From Cyanidioschyzon merolae (taxonomy: Eukaryota), in assembly GCA_000091205.1 (NCBI GenBank), contig AP006501.2: a DNA stretch of 64,000 nucleotides. One strand, written 5' to 3'. The notes below the pieces were generated by a model. The model was not told the DNA's origin, made no database searches, and saw nothing but the letters and a program-made list of their open reading frames with translations. The position numbers were made by a program, and so were the translations under genes. Position 1 is the stretch's first letter; each line of letters opens with the position of its first letter. Positions 10,707-19,238 of this stretch are shown in pieces.

Positions 10707-11996
10707 CTATTTTGTTGCTCCCAATGACTCCCCAGTCAAAAGCCGATGAATGCTGGCCGCTGTATCGGCGGTACCGAGCAGCGCACGCGCGTCACCGCGT
10801 AAGAACAGCTCCCCGTCCCGCACAAGAATGAGCTGGCCGTCGGTAACCTCCGAGAGTCTGTGCGTCACTATGAGTATTGTGGCCCGGATGCGTTCTTTCC
10901 AGTCCGATAAACGTTGCAATACTTGAGCCGCTGTTGCTGCGTCCAGACTTGAAGTGACCTCGTCCAGCAGTAGGATTCGTGGTTGCTGCAAAAGCACTCG
11001 CGTGAGGCCGAGGCGAGCTCGCTCACCCCCTGACAAGGCGGCTAGCGGTCGATCCAGAATCGTTCGCGATAAGCCAGCTATATGCAGTGCTTCCGGTAGT
11101 CGCTGTTCAAGCTCTGTCCGCGATACAACTCCCAAACGAACGAGCGTCTCGAGCGCCGACTTTGCTGGTTCCTCCGTGTTCGCGCTCGAGCGTTGTCGGC
11201 GTTTGCCGAGGACCAGCTCCCAAAGCGTTTCTCGCGTTACAAGTCGGCGGAGTGCCTCCAGCAAACCAGGCCTCCTATGTGCCAAACACGGCAATGCAGG
11301 TTGCTGGCTCAGAAAACCTACTAGTTTGCCCCGTAACTCGCCTGGAGGGTACGCTGGCACTGGTGTGCCCCACAGCCGGACTTGACCACCTGAAGGCTCC
11401 TCTAAGCGGTTCACCAGTCGAAGAAGTCGAGACTTGCCAGCTCCTGACGGGCCGATGATAAACACCGTCTCTCCGTCGCGTACTTCGAAACAGATATTCC
11501 GAAGTATGGGTCGAGTCGTCCCCGCCGCCTGGGTGCTCGCAGACAACGTCACTCCTTCGAAAGCGATTGCCACCTCCCGTGTTCCACTTGGATAGTTCTC
11601 GACGAATGCGCCAGAGTCTCGCGTCACTGGGCGAATAGGATCGATGTTCTCGTGGTGCCTCTCTGTCGCGGAGCCGTACTCGAGGTCCGTTGCCAGCGAA
11701 GCGGCTGCCGTCGAAAGCACAGCGTCCGCGTCTTCCCTGGTTGACTCCTGATTGCTCACCGAAAGAGTATCTGTGCCAGCTTTTGGACTTAAGCGGTTGC
11801 TGAATGACATGAAAGGGGGAAAATATCCCCCGGGAACAGATATACCTGAAACGGCTGCTGCAACTCCAGCGCAGAAGTCAAGCGCTGCAGAGACGGCCCT
11901 GGTGGCAGGCCTCGACGCCTGAAGCGTTTGCTCAGGTTTCGCTCTGAGCGTATTCGGAACGGAACCTGAGACGTTTCCCTGGGTGCTGATCACCAT
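10707..11996 (-). CDS. fetA: ABC transporter ATP-binding protein (FetA/YbbL, STAR1-like) with a ~170-aa N-terminal extension
   Basis: The track start at 12050 is GTG and the first ATG is at 11996. It has Walker A 'GPSGAGKS', signature 'LSGGERARLGL', Walker B 'ILLLDEVTSSLD' and an H-loop 'VTHRL'. Confidence 0.85.
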   Translation of the reverse strand: MVISTQGNVSGSVPNTLRAKPEQTLQASRPATRAVSAALDFCAGVAAAVSGISVPGGYFPPFMSFSNRLSPKAGTDTLSVSNQESTREDADAVLSTAAASLATDLEYGSATERHHENIDPIRPVTRDSGAFVENYPSGTREVAIAFEGVTLSASTQAAGTTRPILRNICFEVRDGETVFIIGPSGAGKSRLLRLVNRLEEPSGGQVRLWGTPVPAYPPGELRGKLVGFLSQQPALPCLAHRRPGLLEALRRLVTRETLWELVLGKRRQRSSANTEEPAKSALETLVRLGVVSRTELEQRLPEALHIAGLSRTILDRPLAALSGGERARLGLTRVLLQQPRILLLDEVTSSLDAATAAQVLQRLSDWKERIRATILIVTHRLSEVTDGQLILVRDGELFLRGDARALLGTADTAASIHRLLTGESLGATK

Positions 11997-12503
11997 CACA
12001 CTTCTTGAAGCATCTGGTTGGAATCGTTGATTGCATAGGATCAGAAACACACTGGAAGGCGCCTGGCTCGCGTTCGACGACCCCTAGCGCAGGGTAGAAG
12101 CTGCGATTTCACGCCGCTTCGTGCTTGCTCGTTCAAGGGCGTTTCTCGTATACCGTGTTCAAGTCCATAACTAAACCATCTGGTGACTTTGGACAACGGA
12201 GAACGCTGAGAGCGCTGGGCACTACCCAAAACGCCTCAGAGTCTGGAGCTGGCGCTCTCCGAACCAACCGCAGCAGCGACCTGGTGGTAGCCTGGAACGT
12301 GTCGGTTCACTGGAGGCTCTCCTGACGAGGCGTCCAGCACTGCCCGTTCTCTGTCGTTCTGTTTCTTTCTGTAGGCCTGTAGGAGTACGCAGGAACATCT
12401 GCGTTGTCTCACTTTGGATTTCCGGTTTCCTCGAGAGGAGACGTTGGCAGCCGCTGGACGAAACTTGTAAGCCGACCCGCAGCAGTGGGTTACGCTTCCG
12501 AGC

Positions 12504-15500
12504 ATGCCCTCCAGGGGTGCGCGTTCGAAGAAGCCCGCAAAGAAGACCGCCTCAGCTGAGGAGGCAGCACAACGACTGCCAGAGCATCTCGCGGCAGGCA
12601 AGTTCACCTCACTGGCCGACATCACAAGTATCGTGCTGGGTGCTCGCTCGTGGCAGTCCGAGGCAGAGGCCGAGACGAGGCCCCTCACGACTACCGCGTC
12701 TACTGCAGAGCTTCAAAATTGGGATGAACACGCTGCGCTGGTTGCCCAACGACTCTTAAAACGCGATGAAAGTACAAAACTACGAGCGTTGCAGGAGCTC
12801 AGCACCCTCTTGCAGGCACTGGAACAAGCTTCCTCGGAAAGAATCGCAGACCAAGCAGCCTACGGGGCCCAGTACGGCGCTTTTCTCGGAAACTTTGCCA
12901 CTGCATTCGTGAAACTGACACTGGATCCGAGTGTACGCGTTCGAGCAGAAGCCGTCGCGCTGGCGGGGCTTGTCGTTCGTCTTTACGGAAAACGGTCAAT
13001 AGCGCTCCTGCCGGGGATGCTTCCGGCATGGGTTGGGTTGCTGGGCGATCCCTCGGCACAGGTCGCTGAAGCTGCAGCTCGTAGTTTCCAGGACGCGTTT
13101 CCCACTGAGGTGAAACGTCGACGAGCGCTGTTGTTGGTACCGCATGCACTGATCCACCACGCAACCGCGCAGGTTCAGAGCAGTCTAGCGGGAAACGTGC
13201 CAGAGACGTTGCGTCAATCCGCAGACAAGGCCGAAATGCCCCTTCTCCACGCGCTGGTGTGCGTGGCGTCCACCGCGGAGGCTTTGGCAACGACACTAGC
13301 GACAAAGACAACCTTGTCGCCAGCAGACGACTCGGAACTGGTTGCATTTCTGGTCCACTGGCTCCAGCACTGGGTATCGGAGGAAGGCGTGCAGACGCTT
13401 GCGGTACCGCTTTTCCGCCGCTACCGGCAATCGCTCCGCGTCCATGAGGCCTTCTGGCGACTAGCCATTATTTCAGTGGACCTTTTCGGAGAGCTTCGGC
13501 AGACCAGAGACGAGCACCAGGGGCATAGCTTGATCGCTGCATTGGCAAACGCTTGTCCAGACTGGGAAAGCAAGGCGTCGGACGGTTTTTCCTATCTCGT
13601 TTCACGACTCGCTTGGGATGAGCTGCACGCTTCCTGCCAAGAACAGGTCTGGATCCTCCTCCATCGCTATGTTGTGCGGATTGAGCCTTCCAGCAGCAGC
13701 CTTGCACGATCGATCTCTGCAAAGACGCTCACAAGCTGGCTTCTCGGCGAGTCGATAGCAGGGGGCCGGCGTCAGGCCTCTGCAGCCGAACGTATCCAGT
13801 CTGGTCGGGTTTTCCGGGGGCTGCTACCCTTCTTGCAAGCGCTACGAATCAAGTGGCTGACCAGCGACGCTGTGCGTTCCGATCCAGTCGAGAGCGCTTC
13901 CCGTCATCATTGGCTCGAGTCGTTCGAGGGTATGCTGCTCGATGAGCTCACCACTGCCTTGCTCTGGCGAGCGCCTAAAACAAAGTTTCCTCCAGCGCTT
14001 GTGGGGAGCGCTTACCTGGACTGGTGGCAAGCAGCGCTGGTCGCTTTCCTGGAGAGTGCGCTCTGGGTCCAGCAGCTATCCTCGAGACGAGAGCGCAGCG
14101 ATGATAGGACTGCTCTGCGCGCTCGATGCCGCGCTGCACTACAGCGGTACCTTCTTGCAGCGGAGGCGTTTCAGCGTGCACCTGAAGCGTCGCAATCCGT
14201 GGTGCAATTCGGTGGTAGACCAGCCGATGCATCATTGCTTCATGAACGCTTTTTCGATGTGCTTTTCTATGCGAGCGTGGACGCTTGTCGAAGCGACTTG
14301 GATGCAACGCGCTCCAACTGGCAAATCGTTGGTGAGGAGCTCGCCGCGGGGCTCGTCGTCATCGTCGTCATCGAACGAGCACCTGCCTGGTATGCGAAGG
14401 CGGTGGTCGCTGCTTGCGAACGTGCCGTGCAGGGAACCTCGTTCGCGACGCTCGAGTCAGACCAGCAGCCCCGGTGGTCACTTCTAGGCCTCGATCCTGG
14501 CGTCATTCGTACCTGGAGTGTAGAAATTATGGGAGGTGCGTTCTGCTGGGCACTGAATCGTTTCCGTCGACGAAAGATTGGCAACGGAAACGCACAACAT
14601 GACGATAATCACCAGCAGGTACATGGTACTCCAGCGGAAGCAGAGGTTGCAACCACGCTGCTCCTGTTGGCATGGAGTCAGCGCGCCCCGGCTTCGATGC
14701 TGGAACGTGCTTTGCAGTATCCAGATCCGATTCAGGGCCGCCATCGACTCAACGACTTTTTCCACGACGCTGTGTCGCTGCTGGAGCATCCATCAGCGGA
14801 AAACGAGCATGACGATGACGATGACGACAACGAGGAGGAGGCGGTGGCGGTGGCAGCGCTCCCTGCTGCTTACAGTCACCAGCTCGTAGCGGTGCTGGGT
14901 GCACTGGCTGCATGCAGTCACTCCTCTGAGGCGCTGAGCGGTCCATCGAGCGTCTTGAACGCGCGTTTAGAGGAGTGTCCTGGCGCGGGTCGCTGGCTCA
15001 TCGAACTTGCTCAAGCAGCACGTATCCGAGCAGCTTCAATAGAGCAAGGTGTTCCAGCTGGTCTCTGGACAGCGACGGTGTTTCCCCGTCACCTGGCTGA
15101 CCAAGTGGAGCACCTGCAGTGCTACTGCGACCAACTGGACCCCGCCCGCTACTCCTATTACCGCCGTTCGGAGACAGACGCTTGGCCTTCCGTTGGGCTC
15201 CTGCTGGAATACGCCGCCTGGCCCGAGGCCTGGCTCTGGTCAACGTCCACTGACTGGTCTACACTGAGGAGCAGCATGGATGCCAGCGTGTGTCGGGCGC
15301 TGCGTCTCGGACTCTGGGACTGGCCCCAACTGGCCTCCTTTCAGCAGGGTGTTCATTCAGCAGCTGCTCCATGGACCGCAGAAACACGAGCTTGGCTGTA
15401 CGTGAGAGCGCTCCTGGCATTAGAGCAGCACCAGAGCCAAGAAGCAAGCGACGGGCATGTGTTTGCGGACGTCCGACCGTCGGCAGCGCTGGAGCGTGAA

Positions 15501-18500
15501 ACCCTGGAAAGAGTCGTGCTCGACGCACTCGCGTGGCTCCTTGAGGATATGGAACGCGTTCTGCTCGCAGAGTCGTGTGAAACGCAAGCTCCGGACATGC
15601 TCGAGGCTGTTCAACGCTTCCAGCGCGTGCTGCTAGAGCTCGCCGCCACCTCGAAACGCCCCTGGCAAGCTCTCCTGTACGACATATTGTACAAGTGCTG
15701 GGTATCGGATGCAGAGGACTCGAAGGCAATAGCAGCACAGCCTGGAGAGCGCGTGATAGAACCAGCATGGCGACCATTGCAAAGACTAGAGGAGCAACAA
15801 CGACAACAACGCTGGCGTTGTTCGCTGCTCGAGTCGCTGACACCCTCGCTGGACGATGCAGCAAGTCCGCTTGATGCTACGTTGTGGCACCTCTACCTGC
15901 AGTTTCCATGGACGCGTTCCTGGGCAACAGCACGATTTATCGGCTGGCTGCAGCGAACGGATGCTGCGACTGCTGCGTCCGCACTCGACGTGGCGGCAGC
16001 GGTACTTGCGCGCCTCCTGGACCCCGAAGCGAGCACTGCAGCCTGCTGCGACACGATCGTAACCGAGTTGGCAAAAGCCCCGCTGTACGCACCAGCGACA
16101 CCGACAGCGTTTCAGGTGCCGCTCGAGCAAAGCGCTGAGCGTCAACCGACGATGCTCATGAGACTGCTGATATGGTCGTCACTGGTACGAGAGCGTTTCT
16201 GGATACGTCTCCAGACGGATGCTGCGTATTTTGGACGAAGCGTCACCGCGGCCTCTTTCACACGATGCACGATGGCTGCTCTGGAAACCGGTCCGGTTAC
16301 CGGCCTGCAGGCATCTGGAGCCGTGGGAGAGTTTGCGTTGGAGCTCCTTCGGTATGCGGCAGCGAGTCTGGCGCAAACGCTGCCCGTATGGGTCCAGAGC
16401 GTTCTGAATGACACCTCAGCTGAGCGAATGCGCAGCGCTACCGGGCTGCAGCACGAGCCGTCTGTCCAAGTGGCCCCACAGGATGTACCGAAAACACTGT
16501 GTGCTTCTATGGAAATTCTCGGGCATGCGGCTGCGATTCCCGCCTCCTACGAACATCGTGCGGATTTGTTGACGTACCTGCGTTCCGCACTGGAACTGCT
16601 CATTGAGGTGCCGTTCACGAACCTGATCACAAGCCTCGAGCGAGCGCCACAGCAAACGAGTGAGGAGTTTCATCGAGGCTCCTCATTCGTTGGCAAACAT
16701 GCAACGCCGGACGCCAACACGACAAGGCCAGCAGCATCGGCAACGAGCGTGCGTCGCGTTTCGGACGCTCCATCGACACCGTCGTCATCGTCGAGCGCAG
16801 CGGAGGACTCGAATCGCCAGGTACTCGCGGTCCTGTTTGAACGGCTCGTGCGTCCGAGTCTGGACGTTTTCGCTACCGACCTGGGCGAAGAACACTGGAC
16901 CTGGATCGGCGAGACTGCTACGCAGGCGCTGGTGACCTCGCTGGGCTGGCCAGTGTACGCGGCAGCGCTTCGGTGTCTGTACGCATGGCATGTGCGGCTC
17001 GTAGAGCGTGCCTCTTCGACCCTGTTATCGGAACAGATGGTCAGCAGTATTGGACAGGCCCTCTGGATGACTTGTTATCGATTGGCAGAGGCGTATCGTG
17101 ACTCGCTCGTCACCGAGGCGCCATGTTCACCGGTTGCGGAGCTGAACCTACCCGTTCAAGATGCGCTGGGCTATTTGATTTGCGTTTTCAGACCTGAACT
17201 TGAGCGACTGGCGCTTCGCAGCGAGGATTCCGCACCCCAGATGATGACCGCGTTACCGTGCTGGCGCGAAGCTCGTGACCGCTGGGTAACGACGCGTTTT
17301 GGTGTCAAGTGTGAGTCGTTGCTTTCATCGATGCTGGGCCGCTTCTGGTGTCTCACCTGGCTTCCGTATCTCGTTGCAAGCAAAAGCACCGCTGTCCGCA
17401 GTGCCGTCATGCAGTTGCTGGGCACCCTGTGGGATGCGCTGGAAGCCTGGCTCGCGACGTCGACACTGGAGGGTGCACAGGCGTCCCTGGGTACCGGGCA
17501 CGCAGGTACAGGTGCCTCTCCTGCGGATACACGTCCAGGCTCGATTCGTTTCGAGTCCGATCAGCGTGGAGCGGCCACAGCCCTGGGCAGACGACCTGCA
17601 GAGCCCGAGCCGATGCCCTGTAGCAGCACCAGCGCTACATACGCTACCGAGACAACGCCACTGGAATACTCTGCGGATCGACGGGGCACCCAGCTGGACG
17701 GCAGCGTCGAGCATCACGACCCGTTACGCACGGAGGCATCGGAGCTCTCCGTCGCCGTCAGCGACTTGGGCATTGCAGAGAATACCGTGCATTTGGAGGC
17801 ACTCAAGGGATTGGCAACGCTCCACGATGCCCTGATTCAGAGCTGCAGTGAGGCGCTGTTTGCCCTGACGGCGAGGTTTCCGTCGCTGGACCCGACACCA
17901 GAGGCCGCGTCATGGGAACCTCTGCAGACCTATTTTTGCGCTTGGCTGGTGCTGCTTCGGCTCCAGGTCACGGGCTCCTATCCAGAAGCGTCGCTGGTAA
18001 CACCGTTGGGGTCGCGGTTGCCGAACACGTTGCGAGAAGGTGCGCTTTGGACGCTTCTAGACGGACTCGGGCGTTGCTGGATCCGAGCGGCAGCTACGAT
18101 AACGACGCGAACACCCGAAAGCAGTCACTCCACGAGCGATGCAGAGGCTCAATGCTTCCGAGAGCAACTGGAAATGCTTCTGGCTGGTCTCACCGAGCAA
18201 CTGGTGCTCGCTACCTCGGATCCGCAGTGGCTGGCGAGGGAGATCTTCTGGGAGCCAACAGACTGGCGACCAGCGGCTCTCGGAGCCCGCCTCCTCTTCC
18301 TGACGCTACTCGTGCAACCGCTTCTTGCACAACGCTGGTTTACCGATCATGTTGCGGATCGCTCGCTTCTTCAGCCGCTGGAGCTGTTGAGCCGCACGCT
18401 GCTCACTGGACCGTTGATTGCCCGCGAACTCGAGGCTATTCGGCAGTATGCCGCGCATGTGCACCAGACCCAGCACCGGGAGAACGGCGAAACCGTTCCC

Positions 18501-19133
18501 AATGCATCCCCTTCCCATACGGGTGTGTTATCCGTTCAGGGTAGTCTTGCAGCACGAGAGATTCTGGTTCGGTACCACTTTGAAGAGGTCCAATTACCCG
18601 TGTGTCTCCGACTGGCCGATACGCATCCGTGGCGAGCGCCGGAGCTTGTGCTTGCGCCCGCTGAACGCTCCGTAGTCTCGTTGGCGGGCATCGAACGTGA
18701 AACACGCGCTCGATCAGAGCTCGAAGCTCGCTACCGAAGACTCTTTCTCCATATGACCAGAATTTTACAACACGGAGTGGATCGGCACTCTGCCGACGCC
18801 GGTACCCTACTGCTACAACTGGGCGCATCGGCAACGTCCTCGTCGACATCGACGACATCGACGCTTGGGACGGCGTCCTGTGTGCCTCGTCAGTACTTTG
18901 CACCGAGTGCCCTCGCCAGTGCGGTGGTGTACTGGCATCAGCGTTTGGTTTCCCTATTGCGTGACGCACCCGAGTGTCCGATCTGTTATCAGGTGCTGCA
19001 TTCACGAACAGGTCAGGTTTCGCGTGTGCGCTGTCCGACCTGTCGGTATCGATTCCATGCAGCTTGTCTGTATCGGTGGTTCAGTAGTGCTGCGCACGGT
19101 GCCACGTGTCCGTTGTGTCGGTCACCGTTCTAA
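12504..19133 (+). CDS. LTN1: Listerin (LTN1/Rkr1) ribosome-quality-control E3 ubiquitin ligase
   Basis: 2209-aa uninterrupted ATG ORF with HEAT-like repeats throughout. The extreme C-terminal RING at 18972-19130 reads 'ECPICYQVLHSRTGQVSRVRCPTCRYRFHAACLYRWFSSAAHGATCPLCRSPF', which is typical of listerin. Confidence 0.85.
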   Translation: MPSRGARSKKPAKKTASAEEAAQRLPEHLAAGKFTSLADITSIVLGARSWQSEAEAETRPLTTTASTAELQNWDEHAALVAQRLLKRDESTKLRALQELSTLLQALEQASSERIADQAAYGAQYGAFLGNFATAFVKLTLDPSVRVRAEAVALAGLVVRLYGKRSIALLPGMLPAWVGLLGDPSAQVAEAAARSFQDAFPTEVKRRRALLLVPHALIHHATAQVQSSLAGNVPETLRQSADKAEMPLLHALVCVASTAEALATTLATKTTLSPADDSELVAFLVHWLQHWVSEEGVQTLAVPLFRRYRQSLRVHEAFWRLAIISVDLFGELRQTRDEHQGHSLIAALANACPDWESKASDGFSYLVSRLAWDELHASCQEQVWILLHRYVVRIEPSSSSLARSISAKTLTSWLLGESIAGGRRQASAAERIQSGRVFRGLLPFLQALRIKWLTSDAVRSDPVESASRHHWLESFEGMLLDELTTALLWRAPKTKFPPALVGSAYLDWWQAALVAFLESALWVQQLSSRRERSDDRTALRARCRAALQRYLLAAEAFQRAPEASQSVVQFGGRPADASLLHERFFDVLFYASVDACRSDLDATRSNWQIVGEELAAGLVVIVVIERAPAWYAKAVVAACERAVQGTSFATLESDQQPRWSLLGLDPGVIRTWSVEIMGGAFCWALNRFRRRKIGNGNAQHDDNHQQVHGTPAEAEVATTLLLLAWSQRAPASMLERALQYPDPIQGRHRLNDFFHDAVSLLEHPSAENEHDDDDDDNEEEAVAVAALPAAYSHQLVAVLGALAACSHSSEALSGPSSVLNARLEECPGAGRWLIELAQAARIRAASIEQGVPAGLWTATVFPRHLADQVEHLQCYCDQLDPARYSYYRRSETDAWPSVGLLLEYAAWPEAWLWSTSTDWSTLRSSMDASVCRALRLGLWDWPQLASFQQGVHSAAAPWTAETRAWLYVRALLALEQHQSQEASDGHVFADVRPSAALERETLERVVLDALAWLLEDMERVLLAESCETQAPDMLEAVQRFQRVLLELAATSKRPWQALLYDILYKCWVSDAEDSKAIAAQPGERVIEPAWRPLQRLEEQQRQQRWRCSLLESLTPSLDDAASPLDATLWHLYLQFPWTRSWATARFIGWLQRTDAATAASALDVAAAVLARLLDPEASTAACCDTIVTELAKAPLYAPATPTAFQVPLEQSAERQPTMLMRLLIWSSLVRERFWIRLQTDAAYFGRSVTAASFTRCTMAALETGPVTGLQASGAVGEFALELLRYAAASLAQTLPVWVQSVLNDTSAERMRSATGLQHEPSVQVAPQDVPKTLCASMEILGHAAAIPASYEHRADLLTYLRSALELLIEVPFTNLITSLERAPQQTSEEFHRGSSFVGKHATPDANTTRPAASATSVRRVSDAPSTPSSSSSAAEDSNRQVLAVLFERLVRPSLDVFATDLGEEHWTWIGETATQALVTSLGWPVYAAALRCLYAWHVRLVERASSTLLSEQMVSSIGQALWMTCYRLAEAYRDSLVTEAPCSPVAELNLPVQDALGYLICVFRPELERLALRSEDSAPQMMTALPCWREARDRWVTTRFGVKCESLLSSMLGRFWCLTWLPYLVASKSTAVRSAVMQLLGTLWDALEAWLATSTLEGAQASLGTGHAGTGASPADTRPGSIRFESDQRGAATALGRRPAEPEPMPCSSTSATYATETTPLEYSADRRGTQLDGSVEHHDPLRTEASELSVAVSDLGIAENTVHLEALKGLATLHDALIQSCSEALFALTARFPSLDPTPEAASWEPLQTYFCAWLVLLRLQVTGSYPEASLVTPLGSRLPNTLREGALWTLLDGLGRCWIRAAATITTRTPESSHSTSDAEAQCFREQLEMLLAGLTEQLVLATSDPQWLAREIFWEPTDWRPAALGARLLFLTLLVQPLLAQRWFTDHVADRSLLQPLELLSRTLLTGPLIARELEAIRQYAAHVHQTQHRENGETVPNASPSHTGVLSVQGSLAAREILVRYHFEEVQLPVCLRLADTHPWRAPELVLAPAERSVVSLAGIERETRARSELEARYRRLFLHMTRILQHGVDRHSADAGTLLLQLGASATSSSTSTTSTLGTASCVPRQYFAPSALASAVVYWHQRLVSLLRDAPECPICYQVLHSRTGQVSRVRCPTCRYRFHAACLYRWFSSAAHGATCPLCRSPF

Positions 19134-19238
19134 CCCAGAGCGCATCAACGCAACCTTGAAACACACGATCGATGCAGACGTGCTGCCTCTGAATCAACGC
19201 GTCCAGCATTGCATATTCTGGTCTGCGGAAGCGATGCC

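Noticed and set aside
15259-15864. 201-aa antisense ORF inside listerin, together with many similar 60-210-aa ORFs between 12.5 and 19.1 kb
   Set aside because: These are typical stop-poor antisense or alternative frames of GC-rich coding DNA. They are nested in a 2209-aa ORF of clear identity.
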